From positions 320,001 through 384,000 of the forward strand of contig JAVJQW010000011.1 of NCBI GenBank assembly GCA_040218735.1: a DNA stretch of 64,000 nucleotides, read 5' to 3'. Every line of letters begins with the position of its first letter. Position 1 is the stretch's first letter. Origin of the DNA: Deltaproteobacteria bacterium. Lineage in GTDB: Bacteria > Myxococcota > Kuafuiibacteriia > Kuafuiibacteriales > Kuafuiibacteriaceae. A model generated the notes under the pieces. The model did not search any database, was not told where the DNA came from, and saw only the letters and a list, made by a program, of their open reading frames with translations. Position numbers and translations under genes: made by a program. Of this stretch, positions 19,323 through 30,153 are shown piece by piece.

Positions 19323-20357
19323 CTACATCGCGCTGTACGCGAGCCAACCGACGCACGGCAGGTCGCCGCCGACGATCATCGTGCCGTCCGACGAGACCTG
19401 CGCAGAGCCGAACTCGTACCACTCCGACTCGTCGACGAGGTAGTCGTCCATCCCGGGGCGCGGCACGGAGCACAGCAGACCGCCGAGCACGTACAGGCGC
19501 ACCGACGAGTTCGCGGCGAGGCCCGTGGTGTTCGGGATGCGGATCGGGAACGTCACCGAGTTGAGGTCGGTCTCCGGCGAGAACGCGTAGATGCCTTCGT
19601 AGGTCGTCGGGCTGCCGGCGAGCGTGCAGACTTCCGACTGCTGGACACGCACCGCACCGAGCTCCTCGAACGGCGCGGGGAAGTCGTCCGGCACGACGTC
19701 CAGCTCCAGACCGTCGTCGAACGTCACCGTCTGCTCGACGAGGGGGTCACCCTCCTCGAGGTCCGGGACGCGGATCGTCTCGAAGAGGCGCACCGGCTCG
19801 GTCACCTCGAGGCGCGCCGCGCCTGCGGTGATGTCGCAGTACGTGAACGCCGTGTTGTTGTTGGTGCTGAACGCACGCGCGACCATGTGCGTCGCGCACC
19901 GGAAGGACTCCGGCACCAGCACTTCGTAGCGACCGTCCGCGCAGACCGGGCGCGGGATGAGGCAGGTGGCCTGGTCGTTGCGCGCGTCCGTCAGGCAGAT
20001 GTTCACGCCGGCGCCATCGGCCGGGTTCCCCTGCGGATCGTTCACCCGACCCGAGACCGTGACGGTCCAGGTACCGCCCGTCCCGTTGCACGCCTGGTCC
20101 GGCGTGGTGTCGACGTTCTCCTCGATCGCGCAGCCTCCGTCGAAGGGCGGCGGCTCGGTGCCGCCGTCGCGCGGGCCTGCGTCACGGGGCGGGCCGCCGT
20201 CGCGCTCGACGCCCGCGTCGCGCGGGGTCTGTTCGCCGCCGTCGCGGGGCGTCGTGATGTCGTCGTTTCCGTCATCGCCCGAAGAACAAGCGATTGCGGT
20301 TGCAGCGACGAACGGGATGGTAAACAGCAGGCCGAGCTTTCGGGTGTGGTGTCGCAT
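19323..20357 (-). CDS. Cys-containing lipoprotein of unknown function
   Basis: MRHHTRKLGLLFTIPFVAATAIAC lipobox; (P)RDGG/RDAG linker repeats typical of myxobacterial lipoproteins. Confidence 0.72.
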   Translation of the reverse strand: MRHHTRKLGLLFTIPFVAATAIACSSGDDGNDDITTPRDGGEQTPRDAGVERDGGPPRDAGPRDGGTEPPPFDGGCAIEENVDTTPDQACNGTGGTWTVTVSGRVNDPQGNPADGAGVNICLTDARNDQATCLIPRPVCADGRYEVLVPESFRCATHMVARAFSTNNNTAFTYCDITAGAARLEVTEPVRLFETIRVPDLEEGDPLVEQTVTFDDGLELDVVPDDFPAPFEELGAVRVQQSEVCTLAGSPTTYEGIYAFSPETDLNSVTFPIRIPNTTGLAANSSVRLYVLGGLLCSVPRPGMDDYLVDESEWYEFGSAQVSSDGTMIVGGDLPCVGWLAYSAM

Positions 20358-22584
20358 GGTGACCGAGGCGAACCGTAGCATAGCGGTCAAGACGCTGTCC
20401 CTCCTGTTGTGGTTCGTCACCTGCTCGACGTTCGGGACAGCCGACGCCGCCCCCAAGAAGTCCGTACGCGCGCACCCGCGCGGGGACACGGCGATCGTGA
20501 TCGACGGCGTCCTCGACGAATCCGCGTGGGGACAGGCCCCCGTCGCGACCGGCTTCGTCGAGCGCGAGCCCTACCCTGGACGCCCCGCCGCCGCGAAGAC
20601 GACGTTCTCGGTCCTCTACGACGCCGACCACCTGTACATCGGCGTCGTCTCTCACCTGGACCCCGAGGAGGTGCCGCGCGCGCTCGAGCTGTCGCGCGAC
20701 AACTTCGACATCTTCGCCGACGACGTCATCTCGCTGAAGTTCGACGCACGCCTCGACGCACGCAACACCGTCGGCTTGGCGACCAACCCGGCCGGCGCGC
20801 AGCTCGACTACGTCGTCGTCGACAACGGCGGCTCGTTCCGGCGCGAGTTCGACGCGAACTGGATCGTCGCCACCACCGTCGAAGCGGATCGGTGGACCGC
20901 CGAGTTCGCGATCCCGATCGCGGCGCTCGGCCTCACCGGCGACGTCGGCGAACGTTCGATCGGCCTCAACGTCACGCGCGATCACAACCGTCGCCTCGCG
21001 ACCTACGACTGGAACGCGATGGCGCCCGAGTTCGGCCCGACGAACGCCAACTTCTACGGCCGCGTCGACGGGCTCGTCGACGTCGCCGGCGGACGCACGC
21101 TCACGCTCATCCCCTACGGGCTCGCCGGCTTCTCCCGCGGCCCCGGCGTAGCCGGCGCGGTCGACTTCGATCGCGACCTCGAGCTCAAGATCGGCGGCGA
21201 CATCCGGATGCGCGTCACCGACGACGTCTGGGCCGAGCTCACCGTCCTCACCGACTTCGCGCAGGTCGACCTCGACGACCCCGTGCTCAACCTGGATCGG
21301 TTCCCGCTCTTCTTCCCGGAGCGCCGACCGTTCTTCCTCACCGGGCTCGACGTGTTCGAGTTCGGCGTCTCCGGGTTCGTCAGCCCGTTCTTCACGCGGC
21401 GCATCGGCCTCGACGAAGCGCGCAACGTCGTCCCGCTCCTCGGCGGCCTCAAGGTGTACGGCTCCAGCGGCGACCTTCGGTTCGGCCTCCTCGAAGTGAT
21501 CACCGGCGAGGCCGACGACGCCGCGGCGGAGAACTTCACGATCGCGCGCTCGCGCTACAACTTCGGGGAGCGCGGCTACGTCGGGGTCATCGGAACGTTC
21601 GACGGCGAGATCTCGAACCGCCCCAACGCGATCATGAACCCGGTCGACCCCGGCTTCTCGTTCGGCGCCGACGGCGCGTACATCGCCTTCGACAAACGCC
21701 TCGCGCTGACCGCGTTCTGGACCGGCACGATGAACACGGTCGAAGGCGAGCGCATCGACGGTCAGGCCTGGCGCACGGCGCTCGCGTGGCGCGGCGAGCG
21801 GGTGCAGCCGAGCGTCGCCGTCACCTACGTCAGCGAAGCGTACGACCCGCTCGTCGGCTTCGTCGCGCGGCGCGACCTCGTGCAGTCACGCTTCGATCTC
21901 GCGTGGGTCACACGCCCCGTCGACTCGGCGTTTCGGAACATCATCGTCGGCGCCACGGCGATGCTCGAACACGACGCGGCGCTGTCGAACCTCATCGGCC
22001 AGACCGCCAACGCATACGTGACCACGTCCCTCGCGTCCGGCGTTCGGATCACCGCGGACGCGACCGCGAAGGAGGACTTCGTTCGGCGACCCTTCGAGAA
22101 CCAGGCCGGCGTCACCGTCGCGGCCGGGCGCTACCAAGGCCCGAAGGCTTCGATCGAGATCGTCTCCCCCGAGGCGCGCAACCCTTCCGGCTCGCTGCGC
22201 TACGCCTACGACGGCGCGCTGTTCGGTGGCGAGCGCCACGACCTAGGCGCGAGCGCCGCCGTCCGGCTCGGCCCTCACTTCAACGCGCGCGCGTCCGCGA
22301 CGTACACGGTGTTCGAGTTCCCCGGCGTCGAAGCGCAGCAGACGGTGATCGGCAGCGGCACGTTTCGAATCGTGCCGTCCACGCGCTTCTCGATCGATCT
22401 GATCGGCCAGGTGAACGCGCTCACCGAACGCGCCGCGGGCCTGCTGCGGCTGCGCTGGCGCTACCTACCCGGCAGCGAGCTGTTCTTCATCTACCGCGAG
22501 AACATCGACTTCTCGTCGGACGGTCAGGAGGACGGACGCTTCGTCGCCCTCAAGCTGACCTTCCGCTACGACGCGGTGCTGTGA
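20356..22584 (+). CDS. CBM9-like domain plus DUF5916 outer-membrane beta-barrel protein
   Basis: IVIDGVLDESAW, YDADHLYIG, WTAEFAIP (CBM9-like); DFAQVDLDDPVLNLDRFPLFFPERRPFFL (DUF5916); start uncertain. Confidence 0.8.
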   Translation: MVTEANRSIAVKTLSLLLWFVTCSTFGTADAAPKKSVRAHPRGDTAIVIDGVLDESAWGQAPVATGFVEREPYPGRPAAAKTTFSVLYDADHLYIGVVSHLDPEEVPRALELSRDNFDIFADDVISLKFDARLDARNTVGLATNPAGAQLDYVVVDNGGSFRREFDANWIVATTVEADRWTAEFAIPIAALGLTGDVGERSIGLNVTRDHNRRLATYDWNAMAPEFGPTNANFYGRVDGLVDVAGGRTLTLIPYGLAGFSRGPGVAGAVDFDRDLELKIGGDIRMRVTDDVWAELTVLTDFAQVDLDDPVLNLDRFPLFFPERRPFFLTGLDVFEFGVSGFVSPFFTRRIGLDEARNVVPLLGGLKVYGSSGDLRFGLLEVITGEADDAAAENFTIARSRYNFGERGYVGVIGTFDGEISNRPNAIMNPVDPGFSFGADGAYIAFDKRLALTAFWTGTMNTVEGERIDGQAWRTALAWRGERVQPSVAVTYVSEAYDPLVGFVARRDLVQSRFDLAWVTRPVDSAFRNIIVGATAMLEHDAALSNLIGQTANAYVTTSLASGVRITADATAKEDFVRRPFENQAGVTVAAGRYQGPKASIEIVSPEARNPSGSLRYAYDGALFGGERHDLGASAAVRLGPHFNARASATYTVFEFPGVEAQQTVIGSGTFRIVPSTRFSIDLIGQVNALTERAAGLLRLRWRYLPGSELFFIYRENIDFSSDGQEDGRFVALKLTFRYDAVL

Positions 22585-22587
22585 GCC

Positions 22588-24411
22588 TCAGTTGAAGATC
22601 ATCCCGTAGAGCCGATCCACGTTCTTCGTGGTCTTCTCCATGATCTCCTGGCCCTTCTGACGCGAGAGGATCTTGTCCTTCTCGAACCGATCCGCACGAC
22701 GCCCGAGCTTCGAGTACTTCTTGCGTACGTCGTAGGTCGTCCGCCACAGCGCGCGGTACTCCCGGAGGATGCGTTTGTCCTCGAGGAGCGAAGGCCGGTC
22801 GCTGACGGCGCGCTCCACGGCGTCCCGCTTCATCAGGTACGCCACGAACGGCGTGATCCCGAGCGGGTGCTCGTCCGTGTTGATCGACCCCGGCGCGACC
22901 GGCGGCGGCGCACGCGGCGGCGGCGGCGGCGGCGCCGTTCGCGATGGCGGCGGAGGCGGAGGGGGCGGAGGCGGAGGCGGCGCGGTCCTCTCCGAGGTCT
23001 CCTCCACGGCGTCCTTCGCGTCCGCGACGGCGTCCTTCGCGTCCTCCGTCGCTTCTTCGGTCGCTTCCTCGACGGCGTCCTTCGCGTCCTCGGTCGCCTC
23101 CTCGACGTCCTTGGTCGCCTCGGCCGTCGCCTCGGCGGCCTTCGCGGCCATCTTCGCCGCGACGGCGTTGGCCTGCTTGTACTGCTCCTCGGCCTTCGCG
23201 CGGACCTCCTCGGGCATCGCGGCGATCGCCTGCTTCTGCTCCTCGGTCAGCTCGACGTCGTCGATGTCGATGTCCGCGACGTCGCCGGTCGAACCCGACG
23301 GCGTGCCGTCGATGAACGCCATGATCTCGTTGTAGGCGCCCGTCACGAACCCGTACGCGGTGCCGAGGACCGACAGCACGCCGAGCACGATGACGACGTA
23401 CTTCACCCACTTCACGAGCTTGAACGCCTTCACCCACGTGAACGCGAAGTAGAGCCCCACCAACGAGACCACCAGCGACAGCAGCGGCCCGAGCAACCGA
23501 ATGAACGGCACCGGCAACGCCGTCACGATCACCGCGATGGCGTTCGGCACCGCCGTGAGCAGCCCGAGCGTGTACGCGCCGATGATGTAGTTCGTCCGCG
23601 AGCGCGCCGTGGACTCGCCCTTCAGGAAGTTGATGATCCAGTTGAGGATCGGGTGCGCGAAGTAACCGAAGATCGCGCCGACCACGCCGCCGATCGCCGC
23701 CGCCGGAAGCGCGCCGATCAGACCGCCGAACGCGAACACCCCGTTGATGGCCGCCGCGATGAACGCCGCGATGCCGCCGATCAACGGCCCGACCACGCCG
23801 GCCGGGATCGCGTACGCCGCGATCTCCATGCGCGACTTCGCTTCGAGCCGCTGCTCCTCCGCGCCCTTCTTGATCGTCCCCGGCGGGTTGATCGCCATCA
23901 GCGGGACGTTGGCCATGTAGTACGCGATGGCCTTCGGCACCGCGACCATGAAGTAGCCGAAGCCTTCGCCCTCCGGGACCTCGTCGTCGTTGGAGCCGGA
24001 CGGGACGCCGAAGTCGTCGTCGAAGTCGGACTGCGAGCTCGCGGGCGCGTAGCCGCCATCGTTCATTCCGGCGGGCGGTGGGAAGTCGTCCATTGCACCG
24101 TTACCTGCGGGCGCCCCGGCGCCGTCCATGAACACGACCTCGAACTTGCGCTGAGCAAGCGAGAACAACATGCCTTGGGTGAGCTCGACGGGCGCCGTGA
24201 TGCGCTGCTCGTCCAGGTAGGTTCCGTTGGAGGAGTTCAGATCCTCCAAGAACCAACCACCGCTCTCCATGAAGATGCGTGCGTGGCGCTTGGAGATCGA
24301 CTCGTCTCTCAGCGAGATGTCGGTCTTCGCGCGCTCGCGGCCCAACACGGCGCCATCCGGGCCGATGTCGTAGACCATCGACGACTCGATGTCTCTGATT
24401 TCCAGTCTCAT
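22588..24411 (-). CDS. FHA-domain membrane protein (FHA, Yip1-like 5-TM region, acidic/Pro-rich linker, helical C-terminal domain)
   Basis: LGR, SISKRHARI, DLNSSNGTYL FHA motifs; hydrophobic core; poly-Pro tract. Confidence 0.8.
   Translation of the reverse strand: MRLEIRDIESSMVYDIGPDGAVLGRERAKTDISLRDESISKRHARIFMESGGWFLEDLNSSNGTYLDEQRITAPVELTQGMLFSLAQRKFEVVFMDGAGAPAGNGAMDDFPPPAGMNDGGYAPASSQSDFDDDFGVPSGSNDDEVPEGEGFGYFMVAVPKAIAYYMANVPLMAINPPGTIKKGAEEQRLEAKSRMEIAAYAIPAGVVGPLIGGIAAFIAAAINGVFAFGGLIGALPAAAIGGVVGAIFGYFAHPILNWIINFLKGESTARSRTNYIIGAYTLGLLTAVPNAIAVIVTALPVPFIRLLGPLLSLVVSLVGLYFAFTWVKAFKLVKWVKYVVIVLGVLSVLGTAYGFVTGAYNEIMAFIDGTPSGSTGDVADIDIDDVELTEEQKQAIAAMPEEVRAKAEEQYKQANAVAAKMAAKAAEATAEATKDVEEATEDAKDAVEEATEEATEDAKDAVADAKDAVEETSERTAPPPPPPPPPPPPSRTAPPPPPPRAPPPVAPGSINTDEHPLGITPFVAYLMKRDAVERAVSDRPSLLEDKRILREYRALWRTTYDVRKKYSKLGRRADRFEKDKILSRQKGQEIMEKTTKNVDRLYGMIFN
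22895..22981 (-). repeat. Low-complexity GGC/GGCGGA repeat encoding poly-proline
   Basis: Encodes PPPPPPPPPPPSRTAPPPPPPRAPPP within the FHA protein. Confidence 0.7.
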
Positions 24412-24473
24412 CTGGTTAGGCCACCGACCTTACCCATAAGTCCCATCGGGGGCCAGAAACGCCCGAGCCCCCG

Positions 24474-26891
24474 TCAACGATCTGGTCCTTTTGACTCGCC
24501 TCCCCCACCGGACCGGGGACGCCGACTGCGCGGCACCGGGAGCTCCACTGTGACGTTGCTCTCGGCCTCGGGGATCGGGAGCGGCCCCGCCAGCAGGGTC
24601 TGGACCCCGGGCGCGACCGACTTGAGGTGGAGATCGAGCTGCGGGAAAGCGATCTCCACCCCCATCTTGCGGAAGGACTTGTCGACCGCGAAGTGCAGGT
24701 CGCTGGCGATGCGGAAACGATGTTGCTGCTCCTCGATCCACACCAACAGCTCGAAATCCAGGCTACTTTCCCCAAAGGAGCGGAACTGCACCTCGGGCGC
24801 CGGCTTCTTGAGGACCTGCCCGTGCCGCTGCGCGACCTCCAGGAGGAGCTTGCGGACCAGGTCGGTGTCCGAGCCGTACGCGACCCCGACCGCCACCGAG
24901 ATGCGGACCTTGGCTTCCCCGTGCGACCAGTTCGTGACCCGGCCCCCGACGAACTCGCTGTTCGGGATGATCACCGAGATGTTGTCGCGCGTCACAACGG
25001 TCGTGGACCGCGCCCGGATCTGCTGCACCCGCCCCTGCACCTGGCCTTCGACGTCGATGTAGTCGCCGAGTTTGATCGGTCGCTCCGCGAGGATGATCAG
25101 ACCGCTGATGAAGTTCTCGGTGACGTTGCGCAGACCGAAGCCGATACCGATACCGAGCACACCGGCGACCAACGCAAACGACGACGCGCCGATCCCGACG
25201 AACCGCAGCCCGATGATCACGCCGACCATCATCACGCCGTAGTGGACGAACGTGTTGATCGCGTTCGACAGCCCGATGTCCCACGCGAGCGAGCCGTAGA
25301 CACGCGACTGCAGGAACGTCCGCGTGAAGCGTGAGATCACCAGCGCGACCCACACCGCGGCGACGAGCTCGATGACGGAGAGCAAGCTGACGCCGGTGTC
25401 CTCGACGTAGAACAGCGGCCGCTCCAAGACTTGCAACGCCTCGAGCACCGTCAGGTCGAGCCGCCAGATCGGCCACACCAGGAGCGCCGCCGCGCCGACG
25501 AACACGCCGATCGGCCACAGCGTCACCGCGACCGCCTCCGCCCGCGAGGTCGGCCAGCCCGTCTTCGCGAGGATGCGCCCGAGCCCGCCCTCGCCGAACA
25601 GCTTGCGCAGGGCCCTCGTCCCCAGGGTGAGGAGGAGGAACACGGCGCCGATGACGAACAACGTCAGCGCCAAGCCGACGAGCGGCGCGCGTGTCTGCTG
25701 GATCTTGACCTCGCGCTCGCGCGCGATCTGGTCGAGCGTCTGGACGACCCGGAGCGTCTGGCGAATCTCCAACAGCAGCGCGAGGTCGTTCTCGTAGACC
25801 TCGCGTCGCTGCCTCAGCACGTCGATCAGGCGATCACTCTCGGCCTTCGCGAGCGCGTCCCGCAGCGACGAGATCTGCACCTCGACGCTCGACCGATCCT
25901 GGTCGACCTTCGCGATACGCGCGGACACCCGCCCGAGGAGATCCGGCGGCAGCTGGATCGGTTGGCTCGTGTTCACGGCCTGCGTCGCGAACAGGATCGC
26001 CTGCGCGCGCTGCACCTCGTCCGAGAGCTTCTCCTCCTCGCGCACGAGGTGGTCGATCTTCGCGCGCACCAACGCCCGCGCCGCGTTGCGCACCGCCTCC
26101 GCGGTCTTGGCGTCGAGCCGTGTCAACCTGACTTGCAGGCCCGCCTCGCGGAGCTTCTTCCGCTCGCGCGTCAGCTCCTGCTCACGTTTGGCGCGCGTGG
26201 TCTCCGCATCGCGCAGCGCGTTCTTCGCCGCTTCGACCGCGTCGTTCGACGCACCCACGTGTTCGCGCCACAGCGTCGCGCGTCGCACCGCCAAGCGGTG
26301 ACGCGCGGTGCGCTCGAACAACCGCGCGCGTGCGTACTCGGCCTCGGTGCGCTGAAGGTGCACCTCCGCGGCGTCGGCGAAGGCGTCGACCCCCGCCGCG
26401 GTGTCGACCTTCGGCGGCGTGGAGACGAGGGTGTCGAGCCGGTCGAGGACGGCCTGCTCCGTCGCCACCTCGTCGGCGAGCCGCTTCACGATGAGCTCCT
26501 GCTCGACCAGGTCCGTGAGTGGGATGGTGCCGTCGGGCTCGGTGACGGTGACCTGCGCGCTCCGCCGCGCGTCCTGCGCGAGGTCGACGGTCTCGAGCAT
26601 CAGCTCGCGCTCACGATCCATCGCGCGCGCGAGCCGGTCGGCCCCGAACACCTCCTCCTCGGACTTCGCGCGCTCCAGGCGCGCCGCGTAGGTCTCGAGC
26701 ACCTTCTTCCGCTCCTCGTGACGCGCCTGCACGCGCTCGAGGAACCGATCGATCTCGTCCGTCAGCGGATCGTCCGTCGCGATCCGAACCTCGGGCGCGT
26801 CGCCGTTGCCGAGCTGCGGCAACGGGAACTGCGCGAACGCCGCCCCCGGGGAGGCGACGCACACGGCGACGAGGATGGGACGAAGACGCAC
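24474..26891 (-). CDS. Mechanosensitive ion channel, MscS family with long periplasmic coiled coil (MscK-like)
   Basis: GIGIGFGLRNVTENFISGLIILAERPIKLGD, IIPNSEF, VGVAYGSD, IAFPQLDLH. Confidence 0.92.
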   Translation of the reverse strand: MRLRPILVAVCVASPGAAFAQFPLPQLGNGDAPEVRIATDDPLTDEIDRFLERVQARHEERKKVLETYAARLERAKSEEEVFGADRLARAMDRERELMLETVDLAQDARRSAQVTVTEPDGTIPLTDLVEQELIVKRLADEVATEQAVLDRLDTLVSTPPKVDTAAGVDAFADAAEVHLQRTEAEYARARLFERTARHRLAVRRATLWREHVGASNDAVEAAKNALRDAETTRAKREQELTRERKKLREAGLQVRLTRLDAKTAEAVRNAARALVRAKIDHLVREEEKLSDEVQRAQAILFATQAVNTSQPIQLPPDLLGRVSARIAKVDQDRSSVEVQISSLRDALAKAESDRLIDVLRQRREVYENDLALLLEIRQTLRVVQTLDQIAREREVKIQQTRAPLVGLALTLFVIGAVFLLLTLGTRALRKLFGEGGLGRILAKTGWPTSRAEAVAVTLWPIGVFVGAAALLVWPIWRLDLTVLEALQVLERPLFYVEDTGVSLLSVIELVAAVWVALVISRFTRTFLQSRVYGSLAWDIGLSNAINTFVHYGVMMVGVIIGLRFVGIGASSFALVAGVLGIGIGFGLRNVTENFISGLIILAERPIKLGDYIDVEGQVQGRVQQIRARSTTVVTRDNISVIIPNSEFVGGRVTNWSHGEAKVRISVAVGVAYGSDTDLVRKLLLEVAQRHGQVLKKPAPEVQFRSFGESSLDFELLVWIEEQQHRFRIASDLHFAVDKSFRKMGVEIAFPQLDLHLKSVAPGVQTLLAGPLPIPEAESNVTVELPVPRSRRPRSGGGGESKGPDR

Positions 26892-26894
26892 GTA

Positions 26895-26930
26895 CGTACC
26901 CGCGCACCAATCTGGCGCGGCGCGGGTACG
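26895..26930. promoter_or_regulatory. Stem-loop between pckA and the MscS gene
   Basis: CGTACCCGCG...CGCGGGTACG perfect 10-bp arms, 3 nt upstream of the MscS GTG start. Confidence 0.45.
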
Positions 26931-26949
26931 AGCGCAAAATTTCGGGTTT

Positions 26950-28551
26950 TTAGAGGCGGGGGGCGGACGCCAGGATCGCTTCGTTGGCCTGCCCCGCGTA
27001 CTTCTTGAAGTTCTCGTGGAACAGCCCCGCGAGCTTCTTCGCGGTGGCGTCGTACTTCGCCTTGTCGGCCCACGTGTTCTTCGGGTTCAGGACCTCGTCC
27101 GGGACGCCGGGGCACGACGTCGGGATGGCGAACCCGAAGATCGGGTCCTCGACGGTGTCGGCCGCCTTGAGGGCGCCCGAGTGGATGCCGTCGATGATCG
27201 CGCGCGTGTGCGCGATGCTCATGCGCTTACCGACGCCGTAGGGGCCGCCCGACCAGCCCGTGTTGACGAGCCAGACGTCCGAGCCCTGCTTCTCGATCCG
27301 CTCCGCGAGCAGCTCGGCGTACTTCGTCGGGTGCCACACCAAGAACGGCGCGCCGAAGCACGCCGAGAACGTGGCCTCTGGCTCGGTCACGCCCATCTCG
27401 GTGCCCGCGACCTTCGCGGTGTAGCCGCTGATGAAGTGGTACATCGCCTGGCCGGGCGTCAGCTTCGACACCGGCGGCAACACGCTGAACGCGTCGCAGG
27501 TGAGGAACACGACGTTCTTCGGCTGCTGGCCGACCGCCGGGATCTTTGCGTTGGGGATGTACTCGATCGGGTACGAGCAGCGGGTGTTCTGCGTGATCTT
27601 CGAGCTCGTGTAGTCGACCTTGCGCGTGGCCGGGTCGTACTCGACGTTCTCGAGCACCGCGCCGAAGCGAATCGCGTTGTAGATCTCCGGCTCCGCCTCG
27701 GCGGACAGGTCGATGCACTTCGCGTAGCAACCGCCCTCGATGTTGAAGACGCCGTCGTCCGTCCACACGTGCTCGTCGTCGCCGATGAGCGCGCGGTTCG
27801 GATCCGCGGAGAGCGTCGTCTTGCCGGTGCCGGAGAGGCCGAAGAAGATCGACACGTCGTCCGGCGTCTCACCCTCGTTCGCCGAGCAGTGCATCGAGAG
27901 CGCACCCTTCTTCGGCATGAGGTAGTTCATGATCGTGAAGACGCCCTTCTTCATCTCGCCGGCGTACTCCGTCCCGAGGATCACGAACTCGCGACGCTCG
28001 AAGGACAGGTCGACCGACGTCTTCGACGTCATGCCCTCGGTGTGTTTGTTCGCCGGGAAGCGGCCCGCGTTGTAGACGACGAAGTCCGGCTCACCGAACG
28101 AAGCGAGCTCCTCCTTCGACGGACGGATCAACATGTTGTGCATGAAGAGCGCGTGGTAGGCGCGCTCGCAGATGATGCGAACCTTGAGGCGGTGCTTGGG
28201 ATCCCAACCGGCGAAGCCGTCGATCACGAACAGCTGCGACCGTGTGTTGAGGTAGTCGACCGCGCGCTCGCGGTTGATGTCGAAGACCTTCTCGTCGAGC
28301 TTGATGTTGACGGGGCCCCACCAGATGTTGCCGCCGCTCTCTTCGTTGTAGACGACGCGTTTGTCGGTCGGGCTGCGTCCGGTCTTCGCGCCGGACAGCG
28401 CGACGAGTGCGCCCGTCGCGGAGATGGCGGTGCCCGCCTCGCGGCGAAGCGCTTCTTCGTACAGCTTCGCGGGCGGCGGGTTGCGGATGACGTTCTTGAC
28501 GGAAATGCCGTGCGGCTCGAGGTTCAGATCCGAGGTCATGGTGGGCTCCAT
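26950..28551 (-). CDS. pckA: Phosphoenolpyruvate carboxykinase (ATP)
   Basis: [56 protein letters not shown]. Confidence 0.97.
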   Translation of the reverse strand: MEPTMTSDLNLEPHGISVKNVIRNPPPAKLYEEALRREAGTAISATGALVALSGAKTGRSPTDKRVVYNEESGGNIWWGPVNIKLDEKVFDINRERAVDYLNTRSQLFVIDGFAGWDPKHRLKVRIICERAYHALFMHNMLIRPSKEELASFGEPDFVVYNAGRFPANKHTEGMTSKTSVDLSFERREFVILGTEYAGEMKKGVFTIMNYLMPKKGALSMHCSANEGETPDDVSIFFGLSGTGKTTLSADPNRALIGDDEHVWTDDGVFNIEGGCYAKCIDLSAEAEPEIYNAIRFGAVLENVEYDPATRKVDYTSSKITQNTRCSYPIEYIPNAKIPAVGQQPKNVVFLTCDAFSVLPPVSKLTPGQAMYHFISGYTAKVAGTEMGVTEPEATFSACFGAPFLVWHPTKYAELLAERIEKQGSDVWLVNTGWSGGPYGVGKRMSIAHTRAIIDGIHSGALKAADTVEDPIFGFAIPTSCPGVPDEVLNPKNTWADKAKYDATAKKLAGLFHENFKKYAGQANEAILASAPRL

Positions 28552-28618
28552 ACTACGCCACCCCCCGATGTTGAAGATGATCCGAATTTGATCATCGACG
28601 CACGGCGTCGTCGGGGTT

Positions 28619-29671
28619 TCAGGGGGTGGGGGGGCGAATCACTTTGAGGCGCCCCTCGAGCCGTTTGCTGACGTGCACCACGTTGTCCTCGTCGACCACG
28701 ACCGCCCCGGCGCCGTCGATCGACTCCACCACCGCGAGACCGCGGTCCGCTCCGAGGATGAAGACCGCCGTGGACAGCACGTCGGCCGTCATCGCGTCGT
28801 CCGCCATCACCGTGACGCTCCGCGTCCCGCGCGCGGGTCGACCGAGGTCCGGATCGAGGATGTGGTGGTACCGCTTCCCGTCCTTGATGAAGAACCGCTC
28901 GTAGTCGCCGGACGTGGAGAAGGTCTGATCGGTGACCTCCGCGAACGCGAAGAACTCACTTCGCTCCTTGCGCGGGTCCCGCACGCCGACCCGCCACGGC
29001 CGGTCGCCCTTCTTCCCGGCGCAGTACATGTCGCCGCCCGCCTGGACCATGAAGTCCTCGAGGCCCGCCGCCCGGAGCATCCGCACCGCGCGGTCGACCG
29101 CGTACCCCTTACCGATCCCGCCGAGGTGCATCCGCATCCCGGCGTCGGCGAGCTTCACGGTGCGCTGGTCGTGGTCGACGAGCACCCGCTCGTAACCGAC
29201 GAGCGGCACCCGCGCCTGGATGTCGGCGTCGCTCGGGATCTGATCGTCCTGGTCGTGGTCGAACTTCCACAACCCGGCGAGCGCGCCGAACGTGATGTCG
29301 AACTTGCCGTCGGTCTTCTCCGCGAGCTCCAGCCCGCGCTCGACGACCTCCAAGGTCTCGGGCGACACCTCGACCGCCTCTTGGCCGGCGGCGTGGTTGA
29401 TCCGGCTGACGTCGCTCTTCGGCCGCCACACCGAGAGGAGCGTCTCCAGCCGGTTGAACTCCGCGAACGCCGCTTCCATCGCCTTGACCGCGCGTTCGGG
29501 CTCGGCGGTGTACGCGGTGATCGTCAGCTGCGTCCCCATCGCGCGGTGGGAGCGGTAGACGATCTCGCGGTCGTCGGCCGGCTCCGCCGCCTTCGGCTCG
29601 GGCGCCTCGGCCGACTTGGATTTGCAGGCCGCGAGGATCAGGAGCGCGGCGAGCGCGACGCGTCGCATCAC
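28619..29671 (-). CDS. apbE: FAD:protein FMN transferase lipoprotein
   Basis: Lipobox LAAC; [43 protein letters not shown]. Confidence 0.95.
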   Translation of the reverse strand: MMRRVALAALLILAACKSKSAEAPEPKAAEPADDREIVYRSHRAMGTQLTITAYTAEPERAVKAMEAAFAEFNRLETLLSVWRPKSDVSRINHAAGQEAVEVSPETLEVVERGLELAEKTDGKFDITFGALAGLWKFDHDQDDQIPSDADIQARVPLVGYERVLVDHDQRTVKLADAGMRMHLGGIGKGYAVDRAVRMLRAAGLEDFMVQAGGDMYCAGKKGDRPWRVGVRDPRKERSEFFAFAEVTDQTFSTSGDYERFFIKDGKRYHHILDPDLGRPARGTRSVTVMADDAMTADVLSTAVFILGADRGLAVVESIDGAGAVVVDEDNVVHVSKRLEGRLKVIRPPTP

Positions 29672-30153
29672 TCGGCGCCGAGCTCGGCCTCGACGAGCTT
29701 GGTGATCGCCTTGCGATCCTCGTCGAAGAAGCCCTCGTGCACGTGTTTGACGGAGCCGTCGCGCCCCAGGAGGACGGCGGTGGGCATCGTCTGGAGGTTG
29801 AGCCGCTCGGGGATGGACCCGGCCGGGTCCCGCAGCACGGTGAAGCTCACCGGCTTGGCCTCGAGGAAGGCCGCGACGTCGGCGTCCTCCTCGTCGACCG
29901 ACACCGCGAGGATCTCGAAGCCCCGCTCCCCGTACTTCTTGGCGATCGCGTCGTAGAACGGGAACGACGCCTCACACGGCTTGCACCAGGTCGCCCAGAA
30001 ATCCACGAGCACGACCTTCCCGGCGAAGTCCTTCGTCGAGACCGACTTGCCGGTCGTGTCCGGCAGCGTGAAGTCGAGGGCCTCGGCCTTCGGCGCGACC
30101 TTCGGCGCCGTCGCGCACGCGGCGAGGAGGAGCAAGAGCGGCGCGGCGCGCAT
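29668..30153 (-). CDS. TlpA-like thioredoxin-fold disulfide reductase lipoprotein
   Basis: Lipobox LAAC; GKVVLVDFWATWCKPC; MPT cis-Pro loop. Confidence 0.92.
   Translation of the reverse strand: MRAAPLLLLLAACATAPKVAPKAEALDFTLPDTTGKSVSTKDFAGKVVLVDFWATWCKPCEASFPFYDAIAKKYGERGFEILAVSVDEEDADVAAFLEAKPVSFTVLRDPAGSIPERLNLQTMPTAVLLGRDGSVKHVHEGFFDEDRKAITKLVEAELGAE

Noticed and set aside
19957-20355. N-terminal extension of the 875-aa ORF
   Set aside because: Overlaps the minus-strand lipoprotein; signal-peptide-like sequence begins only after 20356
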